Source of the DNA: Caldisericia bacterium
Lineage (GTDB): Bacteria > Caldisericota > Caldisericia > JAAYUI01
Direction of reading: 5' to 3'
Assembly: GCA_963674785.1 (NCBI GenBank)
Contig: OY771555.1
Coordinates: 384,001 to 448,000, forward strand
DNA: 64,000 nt
The translations under genes and the position numbers were made by a program. Below the pieces are notes generated by a model, which ran no database searches, had not been told where the DNA came from, and saw only the letters and a program-made list of their open reading frames with translations. Shown piece by piece: positions 9,644 to 20,682 of the stretch (the stretch's first letter is position 1; each line of letters starts with the position of its first letter).

Positions 9644-11008
9644 ATGAGAATTGGTATTATTGGAGCAGGTTCTGCGGGATATGTCTGTGCGATCAGATGT
9701 GCTGATCTCGGTGCAACGGTCACTCTTTTTGAAGAGAACAAAATCGGTGGAACATGTCTAAATGTTGGATGTATCCCAACAAAAGCACTGATTGCCGGTG
9801 TTCACGCAAAAAGAATCGCAACAAGCTCAGAAATCCTTGGGCTTTCAGCCTCTGATGTCAAACTTGACCTCGAAGCACTTCAGGCTCATAAAAATAAAGT
9901 TGTTGACCTCAACACAAAGGGAATCGGATTTCTACTCAAGAAAAGACGTGTAATGGTCTATGATGGACATGCAGAAATCCTTTCACCAACAGAAATTGAC
10001 GTTGATGGTGACACTCTCGAGTATGATAAAATAATCATTGCAACAGGTTCAGTTCCAGCAAAGATTCCCGGAATTGATTTTGATGGAAAATTCATCATGA
10101 ATTCAGATCATGCGCTTTCACTCACCGAGATTCCAAAAACAATGCTCATTGTTGGTGGTGGGGTCATTGGACTTGAGTTTGCCCACATCTTCTCTTCATT
10201 TGGTTCCAAAGTGACAATTGTTGAGATGATGGACAGACTGCTTCCTCAGGATGATGATATCTGCTCCCGTGCTGCTTCAAAATTCGTATCCAAGCATGGA
10301 ATTGATGTCATACTAAACGCAAAGATCACAAAACTCTTCAGAGACGGAAATGATGTTGAAGCACACATTGAAAAAGGTGGAGAGACACTTGTCTCAAGAT
10401 TTGGTCGTTCTCTGATTGCAACCGGCAGAACCCCAAATCTTGATAAAAAATCTCTGATGAGAATTGGAGTTGATTTCGACAAAGGTGGAATCAAAACTGA
10501 CTCATACATGCAGACATCTGTTCCAAATGTTTACGCAATAGGTGACTGTACCGGCGGATACATGCTTGCTCACGTTGCGTATGGTCATGCAAAGGTTGCA
10601 GCAGGACATGCAACCGGTCAGAAATCCCATCCAATGAGATATGATAACATCCCACGTGTCACATTTGTTGACCCAGAGATTTCTGCCTGCGGATATACAG
10701 CAGCTCAGCTTGAAGAGCGTGGAATTGATGTTTCCTGGCACAAATTCATGTACATGGCATCAGGTCGTGCCAAAGCTGAGGGGATAAAAGAAGGACAACT
10801 CACAATCGGTGTTGATGCAGATGGTCGAATCAAGTCAGCTTACATCATCGGTGAGGGTTCAGGTGAGATGCTTGCATTCTTCAGCCAGGCTATCACAATG
10901 GAAACCACAATCGAAAACCTCGAACAGGTAATGGTTGCACATCCAACACTAGCCGAGATGGCTGTTGAGATAATCGAAGTCGCAACAGGATTCCCAATTC
11001 ATACATAG
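9644..11008 (+). CDS. lpdA: Dihydrolipoyl dehydrogenase
   Basis: IIGAGSAG FAD motif, GGTCLNVGCIP redox disulfide, GGGVIGLE, C-terminal HPTLAE. Confidence 0.92.
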   Translation: MRIGIIGAGSAGYVCAIRCADLGATVTLFEENKIGGTCLNVGCIPTKALIAGVHAKRIATSSEILGLSASDVKLDLEALQAHKNKVVDLNTKGIGFLLKKRRVMVYDGHAEILSPTEIDVDGDTLEYDKIIIATGSVPAKIPGIDFDGKFIMNSDHALSLTEIPKTMLIVGGGVIGLEFAHIFSSFGSKVTIVEMMDRLLPQDDDICSRAASKFVSKHGIDVILNAKITKLFRDGNDVEAHIEKGGETLVSRFGRSLIATGRTPNLDKKSLMRIGVDFDKGGIKTDSYMQTSVPNVYAIGDCTGGYMLAHVAYGHAKVAAGHATGQKSHPMRYDNIPRVTFVDPEISACGYTAAQLEERGIDVSWHKFMYMASGRAKAEGIKEGQLTIGVDADGRIKSAYIIGEGSGEMLAFFSQAITMETTIENLEQVMVAHPTLAEMAVEIIEVATGFPIHT

Positions 11009-11084
11009 ACTTTAACAAAAACTAATTCTGATTTTTAAACTGCAATCGATCCTGCACGTATAATAACGAAAATAGGAGGTGCAC

Positions 11085-11138
11085 ATGAGGTTATTGAAGG
11101 GAAAGATTGCAGTTTTTGTTATTTATCCCATCTCCTGA
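11085..11138 (+). other. 17-codon ORF with strong promoter/RBS (gene stub or leader peptide)
   Basis: TATAAT at 11059-11064, AGGAGGT RBS, MRLLKGKIAVFVIYPIS*. Confidence 0.4.
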
Positions 11139-11253
11139 AGTTTTTCTTTAAACCAAACAAATATTCAAAACTAATAATCTTTAAATTTGATTTATAAAGA
11201 AACACAGATTATTATATAAATAGAATCGATGTGCTAAAACTTCGGGGGTAAAA

Positions 11254-13908
11254 ATGAAGAAGAAAATAACTTCTGTTGTGGTAATAATAATCATGATCGC
11301 TTGTCTATTCAATTTTTCAGGTAATGCCAAGTCTGCGGTACCAAAACTAAATCCGCTCTGGCAAACAGAGGAACTCGAGCATCTTGAGGTATTAAAGATT
11401 GTTGGTGATGAGGTTTATGTAAGACATAAAACTCCAGACTCTCCAGAGGTTGAAGCACCAAATGGTTACAGCAACGACATAAACGTCTTGGATTTAAAGA
11501 CTGGAGAGTTCAAATGGGAAACGCCAGTTACCAGCGTTTCAATGTTTCCAAATCTGGCAAGCAACTATCTACAATTTTATGATGACTACATCATTACATG
11601 GCTCAGAAAAGAAGCAGCATCCGATGAAAACCCAAGACATCCAATATATCTGACCTGCCTTGAAGAAAGCACAGGGAAAATAGTATGGGAAAGAGAATAC
11701 GACTATCCAAGAACAGATTACAATTGGGCTTACCACATGTATCCAATGATAGATGAATCTTATTTAACACTGTATGATTCAGATCTGAATATCTATTCTC
11801 TAGTAGAAAAACACATTGTTGATAAGATCGACAAGGAAACTGGTGAACTGATCGATCAAAAAATAAAAGAAATAAAGATTAGTTATGAATCACCTGCAAC
11901 GGATATCTCATACTATATACCATCAACCCGAATATGGAGCTGCGATGATAGGAATTATTTATTATGTACGGGCAACATTCTTATATGTGAAACAGAAGGG
12001 ATTAACCCAATATGGAAAAGAGGGATTTTTCTTGGTTTTTACGGGTATTGGTGGTGGGGCAATTATGATCGGATGGAGCATTGCTTTAGTAAAAGCTACT
12101 CAATTCACTCAGCAGATTATTACAAAGAAAATTTTAAACTGGAACATGAAATAACTTCAAAAACAACAGTATTTGATATTGAAAACGGGGACAGATTGAA
12201 GGAGATACCAGGAGCTAACCCTTATGTGAGGGATAACAATTTGTATCTGATGGAACATACAGATTCAAAGGATGTTATCTCACTTGTATCTATTTCACTG
12301 GACACCTTTGAAGAAAACTGGAGAAAAGAAGAAAAGATAAAAGGCTTTGAGTATATCGAAAAAGAATGGTGGAATTTTTGCCATTTATGTAACAAATTCA
12401 CCTACTATGGCAACAGGATGTATGTTCAGGATACATACAAGACATCGCCAAAATCAACAATACATGTTTTTGATTTGGAAAACGGTGAAGAGGTTGAATC
12501 ATTCGAAATTGATGGGGTTGCTAATCAGTTATTCATCAAAGACTGCAAACTCCTTACAATGAATTGGGACAAGGGTGTTTTATCATGTTTTGAGTTGCCA
12601 AACTGTGAACCAGTAGATGATACACCGATATATCCTGAGTGTATAACAGAAGAACCCGAACCCACTCCCGAACCTACCCCAGAACCTGTTCCTGAACCAG
12701 AACCCGAACCAGAACCTGCGCCTGTTCCAGAACCCGAGCCAATCCCAGAGCCTCTACCGGAACCTGTACCGGAACCTGAACCCGAACCAGAACCCACCCC
12801 GGAACCTGAGCCAGCACCGGAACCTGTTATCTCTGATCCAATAACACTTGAATTCCAGATAGACAGAGAATCATACATCATTGATGGTAGCGAAAGAATT
12901 ATCGATGCTGCACCAGTCATTATGAATGGAAGAACCCTACTCCCGGCAAGATATGTAACTGAACCCTTGGGTGGTGATGTAACATGGAATGCTACCGATA
13001 AAGCTGTTGTTTGTTCACTTGGTGAAACAATCGTCGAATTCTGGATCGGAAAACCAATTGCCAAAATAAATGGTGAAGAAACCCAAATCGACCCGGATAA
13101 TCCAGATGTTGTACCAACAATCATAAACGACAGAACAATGGTACCAATGAGATTCCTGGCAGAGAGTCTTGGTTGTGGGGTTGAGTGGGTAGCAGAGACG
13201 AAGGAGATAATTTTAACGTACCAAAATAGTAATATTGAAACCCAATTACTGGATATAATTACAAAAATCGAAAATGAGGCTCAGAATGAAAATGCGTCTG
13301 ATGAAAGCCCGGTTTTCAAATGCATAGAAATGACAGATATCAACTGGGTAAATTATATTTTCAAATCAGCTGATCAGGTTCAGTTGATGGGATATTCTAT
13401 GGGTACAGGGAAAAATACAAAAATAAAATGGTTTTTTCCTCAAGATGAAAACACAAATGAACCTGATTCGAGAGTTGGTACAAAGGTTGGAATAAACACA
13501 AAAGGTGCGGATTTCTTTGATGCATGGAATCAACCTGGAAGGGTTTTCTTTAACATAAATAATACAGAAATAGATATTGTATTGAGACTCAGATTTGGTG
13601 CTGATCAAACAGAATTAAAAATAGCGATGGATGATAGTTCACATAGCACAAATATTGATACTTTTATTCACAAAGATGTATACGAAAATGAATTCGCAAC
13701 AAATCAGTTTGGAAAAGATCAAACCTGGGTATCATACTGGGTCAATAAAGAAGGAGAATTCAGTGGCAGGGGAACATTGGACTGGGATGATCCGGGGATG
13801 AAGGAGTATCTTGGAAAATCAGATTGTCCAGACCATGTAAAAAAAGCACTAACAAAAGCATGGCATATGGGTTACTATGGCCATCTGGATTTCTATGAAG
13901 AACCATGA
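11254..13908 (+). CDS. Secreted PQQ-like beta-propeller + PE linker + stalk domain + extra C-terminal domain
   Basis: Signal peptide; [11 protein letters not shown] / TGKIVWE repeats; [31 protein letters not shown]; last ~225 aa similar to the next gene. Confidence 0.85.
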   Translation: MKKKITSVVVIIIMIACLFNFSGNAKSAVPKLNPLWQTEELEHLEVLKIVGDEVYVRHKTPDSPEVEAPNGYSNDINVLDLKTGEFKWETPVTSVSMFPNLASNYLQFYDDYIITWLRKEAASDENPRHPIYLTCLEESTGKIVWEREYDYPRTDYNWAYHMYPMIDESYLTLYDSDLNIYSLVEKHIVDKIDKETGELIDQKIKEIKISYESPATDISYYIPSTRIWSCDDRNYLLCTGNILICETEGINPIWKRGIFLGFYGYWWWGNYDRMEHCFSKSYSIHSADYYKENFKLEHEITSKTTVFDIENGDRLKEIPGANPYVRDNNLYLMEHTDSKDVISLVSISLDTFEENWRKEEKIKGFEYIEKEWWNFCHLCNKFTYYGNRMYVQDTYKTSPKSTIHVFDLENGEEVESFEIDGVANQLFIKDCKLLTMNWDKGVLSCFELPNCEPVDDTPIYPECITEEPEPTPEPTPEPVPEPEPEPEPAPVPEPEPIPEPLPEPVPEPEPEPEPTPEPEPAPEPVISDPITLEFQIDRESYIIDGSERIIDAAPVIMNGRTLLPARYVTEPLGGDVTWNATDKAVVCSLGETIVEFWIGKPIAKINGEETQIDPDNPDVVPTIINDRTMVPMRFLAESLGCGVEWVAETKEIILTYQNSNIETQLLDIITKIENEAQNENASDESPVFKCIEMTDINWVNYIFKSADQVQLMGYSMGTGKNTKIKWFFPQDENTNEPDSRVGTKVGINTKGADFFDAWNQPGRVFFNINNTEIDIVLRLRFGADQTELKIAMDDSSHSTNIDTFIHKDVYENEFATNQFGKDQTWVSYWVNKEGEFSGRGTLDWDDPGMKEYLGKSDCPDHVKKALTKAWHMGYYGHLDFYEEP
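12726..12917 (+). repeat. 192-bp near-identical repeat, copy 1 (copy 2 at 20004-20195)
   Basis: Manual alignment shows 3 mismatches; spans PE linker and start of the stalk domain. Confidence 0.9.
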
Positions 13909-14678
13909 TAAAGGGGGAAGAATTGAATATAAACAAGCCGAGATTATTTCTAATTGTACTTTTAGTTGGATTGGTAGTTTTTACTTCGTGTGGAGGTAAT
14001 GCACCCGAGAATAAACCCGATGAAGATATATCACTAAATGTCAGCATAGAAACTCAACTGCTAAACACAATTTCGAAGCTCGAAAATGAAACGGCAGAAC
14101 CGATTGAAATGGATGATATTAATTGGATCAAGTACGTTTCAACATCAACTGGGCAAGTTCATCTAATGGGTTATTCGATAGGCTCAGGTGATAAAACAAA
14201 AGTTAGTTGGTTTTTTCCACCAAACGTAGACACAAATGAATCTGACTCAAAGACTTGTATTGGCGAAAAGGTTGGTGCCGAAACAAAGGGACAAGATTTT
14301 TACGATGCCTGGAGTCATCTCGGAGGAATCCCCTATATTATAAACAATACTGGAACAGACCTTGTTCAAAGACTTCGGTTTGGTGCAGATGATACAGAAA
14401 TCAAAATGAGTATCTTTGAAAGTGATGATTCAATGGGAGCACTAAAAAGCAAAGATGTAGCCGATGGATTTAGCATTGATCAATTTGGGACTGAAGGTAC
14501 ATGGGCCGTATTCGACTCAGATGGTAACTACAAGTGGAGCGGGACTCTTGATTGGAGTGACCCAATTTGGGATGAATATTTTCAAGATGAAGATGGTACG
14601 CCATGGAGCTTGGAGAAAATTAACTCTTTGCAGGAGTGTTATACAGAATGCTGGAGAAAAGGATATTTTGGTGAATAA
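13905..14678 (+). CDS. Lipoprotein of unknown function
   Basis: Lipobox VFTSC; paralogous to C-terminus of upstream gene (IETQLL, LMGYS.G.G, RLRFGAD, SG.GTLDW); alternative TTG start at 13923. Confidence 0.8.
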   Translation: MIKGEELNINKPRLFLIVLLVGLVVFTSCGGNAPENKPDEDISLNVSIETQLLNTISKLENETAEPIEMDDINWIKYVSTSTGQVHLMGYSIGSGDKTKVSWFFPPNVDTNESDSKTCIGEKVGAETKGQDFYDAWSHLGGIPYIINNTGTDLVQRLRFGADDTEIKMSIFESDDSMGALKSKDVADGFSIDQFGTEGTWAVFDSDGNYKWSGTLDWSDPIWDEYFQDEDGTPWSLEKINSLQECYTECWRKGYFGE

Positions 14679-16315
14679 TGAAAAATAGTTTTGTGTTTAA
14701 AATAATATCTATTGTTCTGTGTTTTCTATTGTTTAATAGTCCTAATGCCTATGCTACCTGCGACTGGACAAACCATGATTCTGACGTTGGGAACACCAGA
14801 TTTGTAGAGTCAAGCTGTTCACCTGGAACAAGACTAAACAATTCATGGGTGTTTTGTGATGTGAGAAATGGCAATGAGGAAACAGGTGTCCTTGTTTCAG
14901 GGGATACTGTTTTTATCAAAACCAAAGACCACAAAATCAAAAAGCTTGATATTGCAACAGGCAAAGAAACAATATGGCTTGAAAGCTTTAAATATGATGC
15001 GATGTGTGGGATTTCAAACAACAGGATTGTTGTTCATCTGGAGTCAAAAGGCAATTATTACATACAATGTATCGACACTACCACAAAGAAAGTCTATTGG
15101 GAAAAGCCATCTTGTTCGATAATTGAGAATTGCCTGATGAGTGATAAATACTTCCTTCATCACTACATCTGTAGGGATGATTCGGGAAGCGAACTGGGCT
15201 CAAGCCTTGAGTGTATCGATGTCAAAACTGGAAAAGTGTATTGGAAATTAAGATCTGACAGCATAAATCAGATGGCAGTGGAAGGCAGCTACCTTGTTCA
15301 TGAGGTTAATGATGAGCTTCAATGTGTAGATGTCAAATCAGGATATCCAAAATGGACAAAAGAAAAACCTGAATCCTGCTGTAATTCAAGAGTTTTGATA
15401 AAAGGAAATCTGGTGTATTCAGTAAGAAGAATATCAGATTTTGAAAATCCTGAGAGTGAATACACTTACCTAAATGTGTATGACCTTAAATCTGGTAAAA
15501 ATAAATGGTTCAAGAAATTTAATCCAAGTCCTGATGATTGCTGCTTTTCAACAATTGAGGGTGCTGTAAATGATGAATATTTCTTTTTATCAAATGTGAA
15601 TAAAATCTACTGTTTTGATAGGTATACGGGAAAACTTGAGTGGGAATACAAACACAGCACAAATATTTACCAACCTGCAGTGACTGAAAAACATCTTTAT
15701 TTCCTGAATGCTTATTGTACACCAATTTGCATTGATTTATCTAGTGAAAAGATTGTGTCTGAGGGTAAACTGATTCGATATGATAGGAGTAATCAGATAA
15801 TCATTGATAGAGACAGGGTAGGAACCTCAGAATACAGAGCTTGGCTTTCTAGAATTCACATTGCAGAAAAAAGACTGATTGTAAATATTGATTTTGATGA
15901 CCTAGTCTACTGCTTTGGTGGTGCAACAATCATCAGATATGTTGTTGACGAAAAGGGTTATCGGTTGAATGATGATCCAATAAATACCGACATCGCACCA
16001 CTAATCTCTGAAAACAGAACATACCTATCAGCCAGATATGTCACAGAGCCACTCGGTGGAGAGGTATTCTGGGATGCTGCTGAAAGAAAGGTTACCTGCA
16101 AACAAGCTGACAAAGTTATTGAGCTTTGGATAGATAACCCTGTTGCAAAGGTTGATGGAAAAAGCATCCAAATCGACAAGGACAACACAAAGGTTACACC
16201 CATCATCGTAGACGACAGAACTATGGTGCCAATGAGATTCCTTGCAGAAACCTTTGGGTGTGATGTTGAGTGGGTAGCCGAAACTAAGGAGATTATATTG
16301 ACATATTCCCCATAA
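14678..16315 (+). CDS. Secreted PQQ-like beta-propeller + C-terminal stalk domain
   Basis: Signal peptide; CIDVKTGKVYW / CFDRYTGKLEW repeats; [14 protein letters not shown]. Confidence 0.85.
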   Translation: MKNSFVFKIISIVLCFLLFNSPNAYATCDWTNHDSDVGNTRFVESSCSPGTRLNNSWVFCDVRNGNEETGVLVSGDTVFIKTKDHKIKKLDIATGKETIWLESFKYDAMCGISNNRIVVHLESKGNYYIQCIDTTTKKVYWEKPSCSIIENCLMSDKYFLHHYICRDDSGSELGSSLECIDVKTGKVYWKLRSDSINQMAVEGSYLVHEVNDELQCVDVKSGYPKWTKEKPESCCNSRVLIKGNLVYSVRRISDFENPESEYTYLNVYDLKSGKNKWFKKFNPSPDDCCFSTIEGAVNDEYFFLSNVNKIYCFDRYTGKLEWEYKHSTNIYQPAVTEKHLYFLNAYCTPICIDLSSEKIVSEGKLIRYDRSNQIIIDRDRVGTSEYRAWLSRIHIAEKRLIVNIDFDDLVYCFGGATIIRYVVDEKGYRLNDDPINTDIAPLISENRTYLSARYVTEPLGGEVFWDAAERKVTCKQADKVIELWIDNPVAKVDGKSIQIDKDNTKVTPIIVDDRTMVPMRFLAETFGCDVEWVAETKEIILTYSP

Positions 16316-16357
16316 AAAGAGAAGTCAACAGATAGAAAAAAGGAGTTTATAGAGATT

Positions 16358-16501
16358 ATGGATTTTATGCAACGCTTGATTTATGTTTTTTTTGCTGCAG
16401 ATTTTTTGGTCATCATCATATTTTTGATATATATGGCAAATGACCTTAAAAAGATAAAAGCAGAAATAAAAAAGATCAAAGAAAAACTGACAGGTGAATG
16501 A
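16358..16501 (+). CDS. 47-aa single-TM protein with basic coiled-coil tail (below ORF-track cutoff)
   Basis: AGGAG upstream; MDFMQRLIYVFFAADFLVIIIFLIYMANDLKKIKAEIKKIKEKLTGE*. Confidence 0.6.
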   Translation: MDFMQRLIYVFFAADFLVIIIFLIYMANDLKKIKAEIKKIKEKLTGE

Positions 16502-16587
16502 ACATCTGAGATCAATATCTCAAACTATTCCAATTAATCGGAAACTCTGCTAAAGTAAATCAAAGAAATAGGCAAGGAGCGTGACCC

Positions 16588-17133
16588 ATGAACTTTGATG
16601 TCAAAAATGAAAAGCAGATTGATTTTTTGAAAGATGCAAAAACCGCTGTTGATTACACGATGTATCATATCGCAAAAAAGCATTTCTTCACACACGAATG
16701 TGAATTGATTGAGCATGTTATCCATCGAATGGCTCATCATTCATTCCTCATCCGCGGGTGGGCGGTAACAATCATTGTTGGCGCTCTTCTCATGAGCATG
16801 CAGTCATACAAGATTTTTGTGGCATTCCTTCCACTGATTGCCTTCTGGTATCTTGATGCGTATTTCCTACGCCAGGAAAGGCTCTACAGAAAACTTTATG
16901 ATTGGGTTGTTGCAAACAGACTCAAGTCAGATGAGTTCATAATGGATTTGAATGCCTACCGCTTCAAAGACCAAGTTGATTCTAGTTTCAAAATAATGTT
17001 TTCACACACCCTGCTTTGGTTTTATGGGTCAATTGCATTCATTATTATTGCTTATTTCTTTATATTGTTATTGACAGGCGATGGTGGGGCAGCCAGCTCT
17101 GGTGGGGCGCACTTGCCAATTGGAGGACATTAG
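16588..17133 (+). CDS. Conserved 3-TM membrane protein
   Basis: AAGGAG RBS; VIHRMAHHSFLIRGWAVT...FWYLDAYFLRQERLYRKLYD signature. Confidence 0.75.
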   Translation: MNFDVKNEKQIDFLKDAKTAVDYTMYHIAKKHFFTHECELIEHVIHRMAHHSFLIRGWAVTIIVGALLMSMQSYKIFVAFLPLIAFWYLDAYFLRQERLYRKLYDWVVANRLKSDEFIMDLNAYRFKDQVDSSFKIMFSHTLLWFYGSIAFIIIAYFFILLLTGDGGAASSGGAHLPIGGH

Positions 17134-17225
17134 TATTAATCTGGTTTTTACAAAATAAAGGCATGTTCCTCCTTGCGTCAATAATATTGACTCTTAAAGT
17201 TGAGATTAGCAAAGGGGGTACGCAT

Positions 17226-18521
17226 ATGAGAAGTATAAAAACCTTGAAGGTTTTAGTAATAATTCTTGTTCTTCTATCTTACTCAGTTTTTCTTGGTGAG
17301 AAATCCATAGTCGCAGATGAAACCGACTATCTTTGGCAACACGATTTTGGGGAATCAGATGTCAGATTTCTTTCACAAGATGAGAACCACTTATTATTCC
17401 TCAACCGTGAAAACAATAATTATTCATTAGTTACAATCGATATTGTGGATGGTTCTATCGAAGATAGTACTGTACTTGAGTTAGATGGGAGCAATAGTAA
17501 AACATATCCGTTTGTTTTTGATAAACACGTAGTTTTCACCCATGATCAAGATCAAAAGATCAGTACTTTTGACAAAGAAACTGGTGAAAAGATATCTACC
17601 TTGAACATTCTCGATGCTCCAGAAATACCAAAATCATCCTGGATCATTAGCGTGGATGATTTGAAGGAAAACCTATTGGTTGCCATTATTGAAACCAGCG
17701 ATCAAGAATTCAAAATCTGTGTTTTTGATATCCAAACATCAAAGGTAAGATTTGTCAAAGATTCATCTGTTGTTTCCTGTTGTTTCATAAAGAATGGCAA
17801 AATTTTTGCTTTTACAACCAAGGGGTTGATTGTTTATAGAACAGATGGCCAAGAAATCTCCAGAATTGAACATGTAGTGAAATTCCCATCAAACATTTTA
17901 CCCGAGTTTTTTGCTGTCAAAGGAGATTCGATTCTATGGGTTGATGATAACTGGGATATAAATTTCTATGTTGTAGACACAAAAACAAATGAAGTGACCA
18001 CAAACAAGATGTTATGTGAATGCGATTGTGAATGTGGATTTGCGAAGTATGGTTTCAATAGCTTTTACAACGTCATAATCTATGGCGATAAAGATGATTT
18101 AGATATTCAACATATCATAATTCTGTCCAATGATGGTGGTGTTTTAAATAATCTCGATTACAACTCGGCAGATAGCGTTTGGATACATGGAATTGTTGGA
18201 AACAAACTAATACTCTCTGACAATCAAAAGCTATTTTCACTCGATTTCACAAATGGTCAAACAGAACCCATCGAATATGATGGCGTAATTGAGCATTTTG
18301 ATCCAGCAAATAGGATATTGATAAATATCAGTAAAGAAGGATTGATTACTGCCCACAAACTAAACATTGATATTGTCCAGCTAGCATCAGTGATCAAACA
18401 ATATATAGTGACGCATACAGGATTCCAAATAGAGTATTTGTATGTGAGATTGAATGAGTTGGGTATAACAAGGTGGATAATTTTAACGTTGGGCGATAAA
18501 ACATTACATGGGAGGTCATAA
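17226..18521 (+). CDS. Secreted beta-propeller protein
   Basis: Start reassigned to ATG 17226 (AAGGGGG RBS, signal peptide [17 protein letters not shown]); FDKETGE-type repeats; no stalk domain. Confidence 0.75.
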   Translation: MRSIKTLKVLVIILVLLSYSVFLGEKSIVADETDYLWQHDFGESDVRFLSQDENHLLFLNRENNNYSLVTIDIVDGSIEDSTVLELDGSNSKTYPFVFDKHVVFTHDQDQKISTFDKETGEKISTLNILDAPEIPKSSWIISVDDLKENLLVAIIETSDQEFKICVFDIQTSKVRFVKDSSVVSCCFIKNGKIFAFTTKGLIVYRTDGQEISRIEHVVKFPSNILPEFFAVKGDSILWVDDNWDINFYVVDTKTNEVTTNKMLCECDCECGFAKYGFNSFYNVIIYGDKDDLDIQHIIILSNDGGVLNNLDYNSADSVWIHGIVGNKLILSDNQKLFSLDFTNGQTEPIEYDGVIEHFDPANRILINISKEGLITAHKLNIDIVQLASVIKQYIVTHTGFQIEYLYVRLNELGITRWIILTLGDKTLHGRS

Positions 18522-18525
18522 TAAC

Positions 18526-20508
18526 ATGCCGGTGATAATTAATCAAAAGATAGTAAGAAAGATTATTATTATGATAGTCTTATTGATATTAATAATCTCC
18601 CCACAGACAGGAGACGGTTACACTAAGGTTTTGGGGCAACTGAAAAAATGGGAAGAACTTCAAGAAAAGCATTTTCCAAATGTTACTTATTATCAGACCA
18701 AAGATGAATCATATGTTCTTGACTGGAAACCGAAACCTTTTTTAGGGAGTGGGATTCTTGAAAGAAAATGGTCACTCGATCTTGATGACGGTTTTGAGAA
18801 TATGTGGAATTTTAGGGACACGTATTCAGGATGGTTATACATAAGAAAAGAGAGTGGATCAGAACTTGAAGAAGGAGATTTTCTGAATTACCTTATTAAT
18901 CCTGCAGATGGAACATTTGAACTTCTTAGTGAAAAGAGTTTTCTTTTTGGGTATACAAATGAAGAACCAAATCTTTGTTCCCCGATTCTCACACATAACA
19001 ATAAAGCAATAAACATCAAACTATTCGGGAAGGGCTTTGAAGGTGGAGAGATTTGGGAGATAAATGATAGTTCAAAACCAGCAATTGCGATTGGATACCA
19101 TCTCCCCCTCTTTAAGTCTGACAACTTTTTCTTTTATGTTTACAGTGGTCTCACAACATTTGATATAAAAACGGGAAAGATAAAATCAAGTCTGAGATAT
19201 ATACCCAACAAAGACATATGGTACGATGAGATCACATATGTATACACAATCGGAGATACTGTTTGGATCAAAACAGAAGAAGGATCGTTCAATATTGATC
19301 TGAAAACACTTGAAGTTTCTGAAAATAGCTTTCATGATGATGGAATGTTCGTTTATGATGAAAACAATCTGCTTGTTCAAAACGGAAGAAATATCTTTAT
19401 GTATGACTATGAAACTCTCAAGTTTAAAAAGAGAATACAACTCAAAGATATGCTCTGTGAATACTATGAGGGCAGTAATTGTACAGGAAAAACACACTAC
19501 TTGATTCATAAACCAATTGGTAACTATACTCCAATAACTCTCTATCACTGCAACATTAACAGACTTCCAAAAAATGGTAATGGTAATGACAAGTTCACAT
19601 ATTATGTGGGATGGGGTCAAGGACATCATAATATATTCCCGAATTACAACTACGTCACCCAACATTTTTTATGGGATAGGGAAAATCCCAACACCCTAAT
19701 AGAAATCCAAAAGGATTCAAAATATTCTTATCTTCAGGTTATAAATGATCACCTTTTAGTTCACACTACTGGTAGCATTATATGTTATGACCCGATAACA
19801 CTTGATAGAAACTGGACGATCGATAAGAGTAACTTCCAAAACCCTGAGGAGTCAACTATTTATGCAATAGACGAATCAGGAGTCTTGATCAGGGATTTTG
19901 AAAAGAAAGAATTTCTTCGAGAAAAATATACTCAGTCAAAAGCATTTTTCTATTGTTATGATATTCTGCCTGAGCCTGAGCCTGTTCCGGAACCTGAACC
20001 AACTCCAGAACCCGAGCCAATCCCAGAGCCTGTACCGGAACCTGTACCGGAACCTGAACCCGAACCAGAACCCACCCCGGAACCTGAGCCAGCACCGGAA
20101 CCTGTTATCCCTGATCCAATAACACTTGAATTCCAGATAGACAGAGAATCATACATCATTGATGGTAGCGAAAGGATTATCGATGCTGCACCAGTAATCC
20201 AAAATGGTCGCACCCTCCTCCCCGCAAGGTTTGTAACAGAACCACTTGGAGGAGATGTTGGCTGGGAAGCCACAGAAAAGAAAGTAGTCTGCACACTTGG
20301 TGAAACTACAGTTGAAATGTGGATAGGGAAACCAATCGCCAAGATAAATGGACAAGAAGTTCAGATAGACCCAGATAACCCAGATGTTGTACCAACAATT
20401 ATCAATGATAGAACAATGGTTCCAATGAGATTCCTGGCAGAGAGTCTTGGTTGTGAGGTTGAGTGGGTGGCAGATACTAAGGAGATAATACTAACATATA
20501 CCCCATAA
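18526..20508 (+). CDS. Secreted beta-propeller + PE linker + stalk domain
   Basis: GGAGG RBS before ATG 18526; hydrophobic N-terminus; stalk domain highly similar to that of 11254-13908. Confidence 0.85.
   Translation: MPVIINQKIVRKIIIMIVLLILIISPQTGDGYTKVLGQLKKWEELQEKHFPNVTYYQTKDESYVLDWKPKPFLGSGILERKWSLDLDDGFENMWNFRDTYSGWLYIRKESGSELEEGDFLNYLINPADGTFELLSEKSFLFGYTNEEPNLCSPILTHNNKAINIKLFGKGFEGGEIWEINDSSKPAIAIGYHLPLFKSDNFFFYVYSGLTTFDIKTGKIKSSLRYIPNKDIWYDEITYVYTIGDTVWIKTEEGSFNIDLKTLEVSENSFHDDGMFVYDENNLLVQNGRNIFMYDYETLKFKKRIQLKDMLCEYYEGSNCTGKTHYLIHKPIGNYTPITLYHCNINRLPKNGNGNDKFTYYVGWGQGHHNIFPNYNYVTQHFLWDRENPNTLIEIQKDSKYSYLQVINDHLLVHTTGSIICYDPITLDRNWTIDKSNFQNPEESTIYAIDESGVLIRDFEKKEFLREKYTQSKAFFYCYDILPEPEPVPEPEPTPEPEPIPEPVPEPVPEPEPEPEPTPEPEPAPEPVIPDPITLEFQIDRESYIIDGSERIIDAAPVIQNGRTLLPARFVTEPLGGDVGWEATEKKVVCTLGETTVEMWIGKPIAKINGQEVQIDPDNPDVVPTIINDRTMVPMRFLAESLGCEVEWVADTKEIILTYTP
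20004..20195 (+). repeat. 192-bp near-identical repeat, copy 2
   Basis: See 12726-12917. Confidence 0.9.
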
Positions 20509-20682
20509 AAACAGACTCCATTTGAACTTACACTCTATCAATTTGGAACAAGCAAATTAGATATTTAGTTTCTTGAAAATATTTGTCTCACAATCCATTT
20601 GACGGAAGTATTCTTATCGAGAGATTCTAAAAATATCACCCACGCATTAGCAATTTTTTGATATATATGTTATTATTAACGT

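Noticed and set aside
9644-11008. Stand-alone lpdA as unusual
   Set aside because: E3 genes are often unlinked from their partner complexes
7452-20110. PE-linker repeats as CRISPR or non-coding arrays, and antisense GSGSGS ORFs
   Set aside because: They are in-frame Pro-Glu codons without spacers; the antisense ORFs are shadows
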